Positions 51,199 to 64,000 of a DNA stretch of 64,000 bases are shown piece after piece (positions within the stretch are counted from its first letter, which is position 1; each line of letters begins with the position of its first letter). Below the pieces are notes generated by a model. That model saw nothing but the letters and a program-made list of their open reading frames with translations, was not told where the DNA came from and did not search any database. This stretch comes from an uncultured delta proteobacterium (GTDB lineage: Bacteria > Myxococcota_A > Polyangia > Haliangiales > Haliangiaceae), in the NCBI GenBank assembly GCA_963743525.1, contig CAVUQH010000004.1, positions 672,001 to 736,000 on the forward strand, written 5' to 3'. Position numbers and translations under genes: made by a program.

Positions 51199-52953
51199 CT
51201 ATCTGACCTCGAGGATGCCCTGCAGCATCAGCCGGGCCAGATGGCGGTAGGCCTCGATGGTCGTCATCCCCGACACGTCCACGATCTCCTCGATCGTCAG
51301 CGTGCCGTCGATGCGGCTGAGCAAGAAGACCGCTCGGCTGTCCAGCTCCTGCCCACCCAGCTCGTGCATCGGCACGGCCAGCATCGGCATGGCGTTGGTG
51401 TCACCCAGGTATGCCTCGTAGATCTCGACCAACAGGTCGCGGTGGCGGTGAATCAACTTCTGCGCCACGGCGCTTTCGGGAGCTTCGCTCAGCGCGAGCT
51501 CCAGGGAGGTGGCGGCCAGCTCGGTATCGCCGCGGTCGAGCTCGAGCCGCGCGCGATCGATGAACGAGCTGACCCACTGGCGAACGCGCTCGTCGCCCTG
51601 CAGCCGATCGGACAGGTCGCCCGCCACTTGATCGCGGAGGCGATCGCGCGCCGCGGCCCATGATTCGCCCGGCTGCCGGCCGGTGCCGGGCAGCCCGCCG
51701 CCGACGGACGCGGCGCCGGTCGCCTGCGACGGACGCTCGACCGTGAGCTCGTCGTCGCCGCCCAGGTCGGAGCGCATCTCCTGGATCGGACGGGTCGGGC
51801 CTCGCTCGACCGTTAGCTCGCTGTCGGTGGTCAACCGCTCGCCGTAGCCGGATGACATCGATCCGCGCTCGGTGGTCAGCTCGTCGTCCATCCCCGGCGA
51901 GGTCCCCTCGCGGAAGGTGACCCGCACCTCGGCGGTCTGTTCCTCGTGGCGATCGTCCTGGCGCGTGCCGAGATCGAGATCGTCGAGACCGCCGAGCTCG
52001 GGCAGCGCCAGCCCGCGCTTGACGATGCCGGGCCGCTCGACCGTCGTCTCCTCCGGCGGCACACCGTCACCGTGGGAGCCCAGCGCGCGGAGAGCATCTT
52101 CGGACAGGTTGAGGCTGCCCGAGGCCGGTACCTCGCCGCCGCCACCCGGCACGGTGATGTCGCTGTCGCTGTCGTGAACCTGCTCCGGCTCCGCCTGCAG
52201 CGCTTGTGGCCGGGCAATCTCGCGGGTCGGCGGCACGTCGTCGTACTCTTGCGCCAGATCCGTGCGCGGCAGCAGATCGAGGGTTTCCGCGGCCCCCTGT
52301 CGAGACGCCGCCAGATGCCGATCGACGGGCGGCAGGTCGAAATCCAGGGTGCCAGCACGCTGATCGACCACCTCGGCCGGCGCCGGTGCCCCGGGCAGGG
52401 CGTCGAGATCGATTTCGTCCGGAACCGATTCGCCCAGGGCGTCGTCGGGCACGCCCATTACACCGGCCGGGACCTGAGCGGCTCCGCCGAGGTTGGCGGT
52501 CGGAGCGCGGTGCTCGTTGGGCGGTGGGGGCAGCGCGGCTGCCTCGTCGAGCGACCAGCCGGCATCGACATCGTCGAACGCGTCCTGCGCCGCCTGGTAG
52601 AACGATTGCTGTGCCCGACTGGCAACCGGCTCCTCGGCGGGCTCGGGCTCACCGGAGGTGAGCTCGATCTCGTACTCGTCGGCCTCCGGCGCGTCCTCGA
52701 GCTCGAGATCTTCGTCGCCGGGGTCCAGCGAGACCCGGATGCCCGACGGCACCTCGTCCTCGCCCGGGTCCAGGCCGCGCGCTACCCGCTGGATGTACGT
52801 GTCGGGCTCGGTCGCGTGCGGATCGAGCAACCGGGCTCGATCCCAGTCGAGCATCGCGCCGCCCACGTCGCCGGCGCGAAACTTCTCCAGGCCCCGATCA
52901 CACAGCTCGCGAACGCGCTCTTCGACGCCCTGGTTGTCGGGAGGCGGCGACAT
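51199..52953 (-). CDS. Acidic linker protein with terminal TPR-like helices and C-terminal DUF4388-like winged helix
   Basis: D/E-rich middle with repeated DDELT(V/T)ER; C-terminus [21 protein letters not shown]. Confidence 0.7.
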   Translation of the reverse strand: MSPPPDNQGVEERVRELCDRGLEKFRAGDVGGAMLDWDRARLLDPHATEPDTYIQRVARGLDPGEDEVPSGIRVSLDPGDEDLELEDAPEADEYEIELTSGEPEPAEEPVASRAQQSFYQAAQDAFDDVDAGWSLDEAAALPPPPNEHRAPTANLGGAAQVPAGVMGVPDDALGESVPDEIDLDALPGAPAPAEVVDQRAGTLDFDLPPVDRHLAASRQGAAETLDLLPRTDLAQEYDDVPPTREIARPQALQAEPEQVHDSDSDITVPGGGGEVPASGSLNLSEDALRALGSHGDGVPPEETTVERPGIVKRGLALPELGGLDDLDLGTRQDDRHEEQTAEVRVTFREGTSPGMDDELTTERGSMSSGYGERLTTDSELTVERGPTRPIQEMRSDLGGDDELTVERPSQATGAASVGGGLPGTGRQPGESWAAARDRLRDQVAGDLSDRLQGDERVRQWVSSFIDRARLELDRGDTELAATSLELALSEAPESAVAQKLIHRHRDLLVEIYEAYLGDTNAMPMLAVPMHELGGQELDSRAVFLLSRIDGTLTIEEIVDVSGMTTIEAYRHLARLMLQGILEVR

Positions 52954-52972
52954 CGGCTCTGCCCCTTCACCG

Positions 52973-54808
<1,836 letters not shown>

Positions 54809-54845
54809 GGGCTCCTTCCGGGGCGAGCAGCGCCGACTGGGATTA

Positions 54846-55940
54846 TCACCGGGATCCGCGCAGTTTGCGAACCGCCGCGAGGTCTTCTTGCAGCTCGGCG
54901 ACCAGGACGTCGTTCTCGCTCTTCAGCGAGAGAGCGCGCTGGAGCACATCTTCGGCCGAATCCAGCGCCCCTGCGGCCCGGTGGACGTCGGCCAGGAGTC
55001 GGTGGGCGGATGGGTCATTTTTCGCTAACTCCACGGCTTTCTTCGCATATTCGGTCGCGATCGGAAGGTCCTTGGCGCCCAGGGCGCAACGCGCCGCCCG
55101 GCGCAGATATTTGTACTGGGGATCTTGCCGGACCACTGCCGCGAACAGCCGCAACGCGTCGGAAACATCCCCGCGAACCTCGAGGGCGCAGGCCTGGTCG
55201 AACAGCTGGGCCGCGTGCTCCTCGCGGGTCTGTGGCTTGCGCTTGCCGCCAGCCGGCACCTTGCCGGCGCGCACCGCCTCGTACTCCGCGCGACGCTGGG
55301 GATCCGTCAGGGTCTCGTAGGCGACCGAGCAGGCCTGGAACACCCGCGCCAACCAGTCGCCGAACGGCCCCACCGGCTTGCCGTAGTAGCGGTCCGGGTG
55401 GAACTCCTTGGACAGCTTGAAGTAGGCGCGCTTGACCGCCTTGCGATCGGCTCCCGGCTCGACGCCGAGCACGGCGTAGTAGTCACGGGTTCGCAGCCGC
55501 CGCAACATGGCCAGGACCCGGCGCCGATCCGCCGGCGCCAGGGCGACGTCGGCCTCCAGCGCAGCCCGCTCGGTGTCCGACAGCGTGGTCTCGTCCAGGA
55601 TCAGCGCCACCGCACCCGAGCCGCTGAGATCGTGGGACCCCGACGCCGGCTCCGGCACGGCCACGGCCGCGCGCATCTGTTCCGGGGTTTCGCCCGGCAG
55701 CAGCAAGGCACCCAACGAGCGCAGCTCGGTGAGGATCTGGATCGCCCGGTCGACGGGGAAGCCGGTCATCAGGATGAGGTCGTGCAGCGACGCCCGTCCG
55801 TCGACCCGACTGAGCACGTAGTACGACTCGCTGGTGAGCCCGCGTGCCCCCATCAGGTCGAACTCCGGGTTGAGGCGGACCCGCAGCGTCGCCTTGCCAA
55901 ACCCGGGGATTTCATTCGGCACCGCCAACCGGATCAGCAC
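54846..55940 (-). CDS. J-domain protein with N-terminal DUF4388-like module and C-terminal TPRs
   Basis: DYYAVLGV...KRAYFKLSKEFHPD...AYETLTDP. Confidence 0.88.
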   Translation of the reverse strand: MLIRLAVPNEIPGFGKATLRVRLNPEFDLMGARGLTSESYYVLSRVDGRASLHDLILMTGFPVDRAIQILTELRSLGALLLPGETPEQMRAAVAVPEPASGSHDLSGSGAVALILDETTLSDTERAALEADVALAPADRRRVLAMLRRLRTRDYYAVLGVEPGADRKAVKRAYFKLSKEFHPDRYYGKPVGPFGDWLARVFQACSVAYETLTDPQRRAEYEAVRAGKVPAGGKRKPQTREEHAAQLFDQACALEVRGDVSDALRLFAAVVRQDPQYKYLRRAARCALGAKDLPIATEYAKKAVELAKNDPSAHRLLADVHRAAGALDSAEDVLQRALSLKSENDVLVAELQEDLAAVRKLRGSR

Positions 55941-55980
55941 CCCAAACAGCTGAAACAGCTTACCACAGGGGCATCTCTGA

Positions 55981-58151
<2,171 letters not shown>

Positions 58152-58155
<4 letters not shown>

Positions 58156-59024
58156 CGGTTGTCCTCGCCTTCGATCGCTTTGGGAACCACCTGTGTGCCC
58201 ACACCCTCCGCGGTGAAGATCTCGAGCAGGAGCGCGTGCTCCAGGCGCCCGTCGATGATGTGGACCTTGCGCACGCCGTCGGCCAGAGCGGCGAGCGCGT
58301 TGTCGACCTTGGGAATCATGCCGCCGGAGATGGTGCCGCCGTCGATGAGCTCGCGCGCGACCTCGTCGGTCAAGGTCGACAGCAGCTCGCCGTTCTCGCC
58401 CTTGACCCCGGGCACGTCGGTCAGCAGCACCAGCTTCTCGGCGTCGAGGGCCACCGCCAGCCGCGCGGCAAAAGTGTCGGCATTGACGTTGAGGATCTCG
58501 CCCTCCGGGCCGACGGCCAGCGGCGCGATGATGGGAACGAAGTCACCGATGAGGTGGTCGATAGCGCTCCGGTCGACATCCGTGACATCGCCCACGAGAC
58601 CGAGGTCCGGCTGGCCCCCGACCCGGCGCGCTCGGGCCAGCCCGCCGTCGATACCCGACATGCCGACCGCGCGGCCGCCCAGGTGATTGACCAGCCGCAC
58701 CAGCTCCTGGTTGAGGCTGCCCCCGAGGACCATCGCCACCACTTCGAGGGTCGGCTCGTCGGTGACCCGCAGCCCGTCGACGAACGTCGGCTCCAGGCCC
58801 AGCCGGTCGAGCATCTGGCTGATCTGCTTGCCGCCGCCGTGAACCACGACCACGTCGATGCCGACCCAGTCGAGAAGGATCAGGTCTTCGGCGAAGCGGC
58901 GCCTGAGCTCCAGGTCCTCGAGCGCAGCGCCGCCGATCTTGACCACCACGGTGCGACCGCGGAAGGTCGAGATGTACGGCAGCGCCTCGATGAGAACGCG
59001 GGCCTTGTCGATGAGCTCCTGCAA
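58152..59024 (-). CDS. argB: Acetylglutamate kinase
   Basis: EALPYI, KIGG, VHGGG, LRVT, NVNAD, GGMIPK. Confidence 0.96.
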
Positions 59025-59165
59025 GGCGCCGAGCTTACCGGATCGACGTGGCGCGGGTCACGGCAAGAGGCACCGACATCGACGCTGGTGTGAATACCCG
59101 CTGAGCCCTCCTCGTCACATCGGCACGAACGCGAGGAATGGCCACCCTCGCCGGGCCGCGGTACC

Positions 59166-59792
59166 ATGGTGACGTTGTTTAGCTCGAGCAAGACCAGAGC
59201 GGTCCTCGCCCTCGCGGTCGCGGTCGGAATCGGGTTCGCAACCCATCCGGCGGCCGCCGAGAAGAACAAGAAGAAGAACGACTCGTCGTCGTACTGGAGC
59301 ATCGCCTTCCTCGGGGGAGAGCTGTTCCCGCGTCGCGACATGCGGTCGACTCACGACGCCGGCCTCGCTGCCGGCGGGCGCATCGGCTGGACCAGCTCGA
59401 TGGGCCTGGGTCTGAACGTGGCCATCGACTACGCCCCGCTGGCGCGCAACGCCACCAGCGATCCGCTCGAGAGCTTCGAGACCCACTTCGGCCTGCTGAC
59501 CCTGCAGCCGAGCTACACCCTCAGCTGGAAGAGTCTGCGCCTGTGGGTGGCGGGCGGCGTCGGCATGGCCGCCGAGCGCTCACGGCGCTTCTACCGCGAT
59601 GTCGCCGGCGAGCGCCGCACCGACTACTCGCCCGCGGCCACTGCCGTCGGCGGTCTCGAGCTGCACCTGTTCAACGGCGGCGGCCTGGTCGCCACCGCCA
59701 GCTACTCGCGCCTGTTCAAGGCGGTCGGCTTCACCGACGTCAAGTACGAGTTCGTCAACCTGACCGGTGGCTTCGTCTTCACCTTCCGCTAG
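59166..59792 (+). CDS. Small outer-membrane beta-barrel protein
   Basis: Signal peptide; about eight amphipathic strands ending GGFVFTFR. Confidence 0.7.
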   Translation: MVTLFSSSKTRAVLALAVAVGIGFATHPAAAEKNKKKNDSSSYWSIAFLGGELFPRRDMRSTHDAGLAAGGRIGWTSSMGLGLNVAIDYAPLARNATSDPLESFETHFGLLTLQPSYTLSWKSLRLWVAGGVGMAAERSRRFYRDVAGERRTDYSPAATAVGGLELHLFNGGGLVATASYSRLFKAVGFTDVKYEFVNLTGGFVFTFR

Positions 59793-61159
<1,367 letters not shown>

Positions 61160-61160
<1 letters not shown>

Positions 61161-61708
61161 CAGACAGCCTTCCCCAGCTCTTCGACCGTGAGGTTCGAGT
61201 TGGTGTAGATGCAGATGTCGGCGGCGATGCCCATCGCCTTCTCGGCGATGGTGCGGGCGCTCATCTCGGTGTTGCCGAGCAGCGCGCGCGCCGCGGCCAA
61301 CGCGTACGGACCGCCCGAGCCGATGGCGGCGATGCCGTCGTCGGGCTCGATCAGGTCACCGGTGCCGGACAGGAGGTAGGTGGCGTTGACGTCGGCGACG
61401 ATCAGCATCGCCTCCAGCCGCCGCAGCACCCGGTCGGTGCGCCAGTCCTTGGCCATCTCCACCGCGGCGCGGCGGAGGTTGCCGGCCTGCGCGCTGAGCT
61501 TGGCCTCGAGCCGCTCGAACAGGGCAATGCCGTCGGCGGCCGAGCCGGCGAAACCGCCGATCACCTTGCCGTCGCCCATCCGGCGCACTTTGCGCGCCCC
61601 GCCCTTCATCACCGTGTTGCCCAGGGACACCTGGCCGTCGCCGGCGACGACGACGTCGCCGCCGCGCCGGACCGAGAGGATGGTCGTCGAGCGAATCCGT
61701 GGTTTCAC
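61160..61708 (-). CDS. hslV: ATP-dependent protease subunit HslV
   Basis: TTI N-terminal nucleophile, [24 protein letters not shown]. Confidence 0.97.
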
Positions 61709-61782
61709 GGCGCCTTTGTAACTCCGCTATCGTCCCCTGCCAAGGCGCCCGATCGGGCAGGCCGGGCTTTTTTTCGGCTTTT

Positions 61783-62751
61783 TCAGCCCTTTTTCGCCCG
61801 CGGATGGGCTGCGTCGTAGACCCGGGTCAGGTGGTCCATCGACACCTTCGTGTAGATCTGGGTTGACGCCAGGCTGGCGTGGCCCAGGAGCTCCTGAATG
61901 CTGCGCAGGTCGACCCCACCGTCGAGCAGGTGGGTGGCCACCGAGTGGCGCAGGGCGTGGGGTGTGCTGCCCAGGAGCCCGGTCTGCACCGCGTAGCGCT
62001 CGAGGATCCGCTGGGCCGAGCGCGCGGTCAGCCGCCCGCCGCGGTGATTGAGGAACAGCGCGCGGGGGTCGCACGCCCCGGTCTTCGGGTGGCGGAACTG
62101 GTCGCGCGCGGCCAGGTAGGCGCTGATCGCCTCGTCGGCCTTGCCGCCCAGCGGGACCACGCGGTCCTTGCCGCCCTTGCCACGGCGGACCTGGATCACA
62201 GTGCCGCCGCCGTAGCGGCCGCTGTCGAGGTCGTCCGTGTCGAGGCCGACGCACTCGGAGACGCGCAGGCCGCCGCCGTACAACACCTCCATCAGCGCGC
62301 GGTCGCGCAGGCGCAGGTGCTCGGCGCGGTTGGCATCGGTGGCGCGAGCGGTGACGGGCGCCTCGACCAGGCGAAAGGTGTCGTTGACGTCGAGCGCCCG
62401 CGGCAGCGGCTTGGCCCGCTTGGGACCGCGCACCGCCCGCGCCGGGTTGCCGTCGATGATTCCGGTCTTGGCCAGGAAGCGGAAGAAGGCGCGCAGACTG
62501 GACAGCTTGCGCGCGACGCTCGACGGCGCGTTGACGCCGAACAGACCGGCCAGGTGCTGGCGGATGTCGGTGGTGGTCAGCGTCGCCGGTTTGGGCTCGC
62601 GTCCCTCGCGTTCGACGTAGGCGCGGCGAAACTCCTCGAGGTCGCGGCCGTACGCCTCCACCGTGCGCGGCGAGTAGGCGCGCTCGACCGCCAGATAGCG
62701 CTCGAAGCCGACCGTCGCCTTGCCCCAGTCCATCCGTGGATCGTTGCCCAC
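61783..62751 (-). CDS. xerC: Tyrosine recombinase XerC
   Basis: GLRVSE, GKGGKDR, HALRHS, LLGHASLASTQIY; trmFO-xerC-hslVU context. Confidence 0.92.
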   Translation of the reverse strand: MGNDPRMDWGKATVGFERYLAVERAYSPRTVEAYGRDLEEFRRAYVEREGREPKPATLTTTDIRQHLAGLFGVNAPSSVARKLSSLRAFFRFLAKTGIIDGNPARAVRGPKRAKPLPRALDVNDTFRLVEAPVTARATDANRAEHLRLRDRALMEVLYGGGLRVSECVGLDTDDLDSGRYGGGTVIQVRRGKGGKDRVVPLGGKADEAISAYLAARDQFRHPKTGACDPRALFLNHRGGRLTARSAQRILERYAVQTGLLGSTPHALRHSVATHLLDGGVDLRSIQELLGHASLASTQIYTKVSMDHLTRVYDAAHPRAKKG

Positions 62752-62769
62752 GAACGCCGCCGGGGCAAG

Positions 62770-63444
62770 TTAGACGTTGCCGGTCGGCGGCCGCAGCAGC
62801 AGCTCGTCCACGACCGTGTCCGCATGCGCGACGCTGTCGACGATGGCGCGCGCGGCGGCGGCCGGCGTCAGCATGGCGGCGCGGTCGAAGCCGCGACCGT
62901 CCCACAGCGGCGTATCGACGGCGCCCAGGTGAACGCGGGTGATGTGGATGCCGCGCGGGCGCAGCTCCTCGGCCAGCGCGCGGGCCAGCGCGTCCTGTCC
63001 CGACTTGGCCGCGGTGTACAGCGCCGAGTCGGGAAAGGTGAAGCGGGTCGCGGTCGAGCCGATGATCACGACACGGCCACCAGTGGCCATCGCCGCCAGC
63101 GCCGCGCGCACGCACAAGAACGTTCCGGTGACGTGGGCGTCGAGCAGCGCGCGCAGATCGGCGGCGCGAGCATCGGCAGCGGGACCGAAGACACCGCCAC
63201 CGGCCGCGCAGACCAGGAGGTCGACGCGCTCGAGCGCGGCGAACAGCGCCGACACCGCGATCTCGTCGGTGACGTCGCAGGCCGCGTCGCCGACCGCGCC
63301 CGGCGCGGGCATCGCCGCTACACCGTCGAACCGCCGCGCCACACCCAGCACCGCCGCGCCGCGCACCGCCAACTCCGCGGCGATCGCCTTGCCGACACCG
63401 GACGACGCGCCGGTGACCACGCAGCGGGCGCCGGTCAGGCTCAC
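62770..63444 (-). CDS. Short-chain dehydrogenase/reductase
   Basis: TGASSGVG, CAAG, YTAAK. Confidence 0.9.
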   Translation of the reverse strand: MSLTGARCVVTGASSGVGKAIAAELAVRGAAVLGVARRFDGVAAMPAPGAVGDAACDVTDEIAVSALFAALERVDLLVCAAGGGVFGPAADARAADLRALLDAHVTGTFLCVRAALAAMATGGRVVIIGSTATRFTFPDSALYTAAKSGQDALARALAEELRPRGIHITRVHLGAVDTPLWDGRGFDRAAMLTPAAAARAIVDSVAHADTVVDELLLRPPTGNV

Positions 63445-64000
63445 GCCGCCACCTGCTGCAGGCCGGCGAGCCAGCGATCGAAATCGGCGACCGCGCGCTC
63501 GGCCATCAGCAGCTTGCGCTCGCGTTTCTTGATCCTGCCCTCGATGCGCGGCAAGAGGCCGAAGTTGATGTTGGTCGGCGTGTACGCCTGCCCCGGTCCG
63601 CGCGCCGCGCGGATGTGCTGATACAGGCCGCCGAACGCGGTGGTCGGCGGCGGCGGCTCGACCGCGCGCCCGCGCAGCCGTCCGGCCAGGAACAGCGCCG
63701 CCAAAAGGCCCATCGCGCACGACTCGATGTAGCCCTCGACGCCGGTGATCAGGCCGGCGAAGCGAAGGTCCGGTCGCGTGCGCAGCTCGAGCTCGGGTCC
63801 GAGCAGGTTGGGCGAGTCGATGAAGGTGTTGCGATGGATCGATCCGAAGCGCAGGAACTCGGCCTCGGCCAGCGCCGGGATCATCTGGAAGATCCGCTGC
63901 TGCTCCGGGTAGGCCAGCCGGGTCTGGAAGCCGACCATGTTGTAGGCGGTCAGGTAGCGGTTCTCCGGCCGCAGCTGCAGCACCGCGAACGGCCGCCGGC
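63441..64000 (-). CDS. trmFO: tRNA (uracil-5-)-methyltransferase TrmFO, 3' part (truncated by window edge)
   Basis: YNMVGFQTRL, RFGSIHRNTF, ITGVEGYIES, PPPTTA.G, NINFGL. Confidence 0.95.
   Translation of the reverse strand, partial: RRPFAVLQLRPENRYLTAYNMVGFQTRLAYPEQQRIFQMIPALAEAEFLRFGSIHRNTFIDSPNLLGPELELRTRPDLRFAGLITGVEGYIESCAMGLLAALFLAGRLRGRAVEPPPPTTAFGGLYQHIRAARGPGQAYTPTNINFGLLPRIEGRIKKRERKLLMAERAVADFDRWLAGLQQVAA

Noticed and set aside
61783..62751. Tyrosine recombinase as a phage or integron integrase acting on the 23.7-kb cassette
   Set aside because: It sits in the usual trmFO-xerC-hslVU context, shows no obvious IntI insertion and is about 37 kb away.

Overview
This is a very GC-rich bacterial chromosome segment with a myxobacterial signature (probably Myxococcota, Haliangium/Kofleria-like, by inference): PilZ paralogs, Ser/Thr kinases with PEGA partners, FHA-sigma54 activators and a MYXO-CTERM tail. 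Housekeeping blocks (trpS, folD, psd, glnA-glnB; pyrK-pyrD; rimI-engB-coaE; argB-D-F-G, hslVU, xerC, trmFO) flank an accessory region at about 18.7-37.7 kb. That region looks like a coherent polyhydroxybutyrate (PHB)/polyester scavenging system. It encodes a MYXO-CTERM PHB-depolymerase-family esterase, two PhaZ7-like lipoprotein hydrolases, a porin-like barrel, a Na+/solute symporter, an acyl-CoA ligase and a cytoplasmic alpha/beta hydrolase. These genes are linked by five tandem pairs of an 18-bp palindrome (YGTTGG-N6-CCRACA, 32-34 bp apart), four of them 42-49 bp upstream of sigma54-type promoters, beside an FHA-sigma54 activator and a Ser/Thr kinase. Other points: a roughly 1.1-kb gene cassette bounded by inverted 65-67 bp repeats and a 31-bp direct repeat; two Fur-like operators; a DnaK module inside the arg cluster; and eight +1 frameshifts that are probably sequencing errors, five of them at GTCGAC. 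All calls are by eye from motifs; no searches were run. No rRNA, tRNA or CRISPR array was seen.
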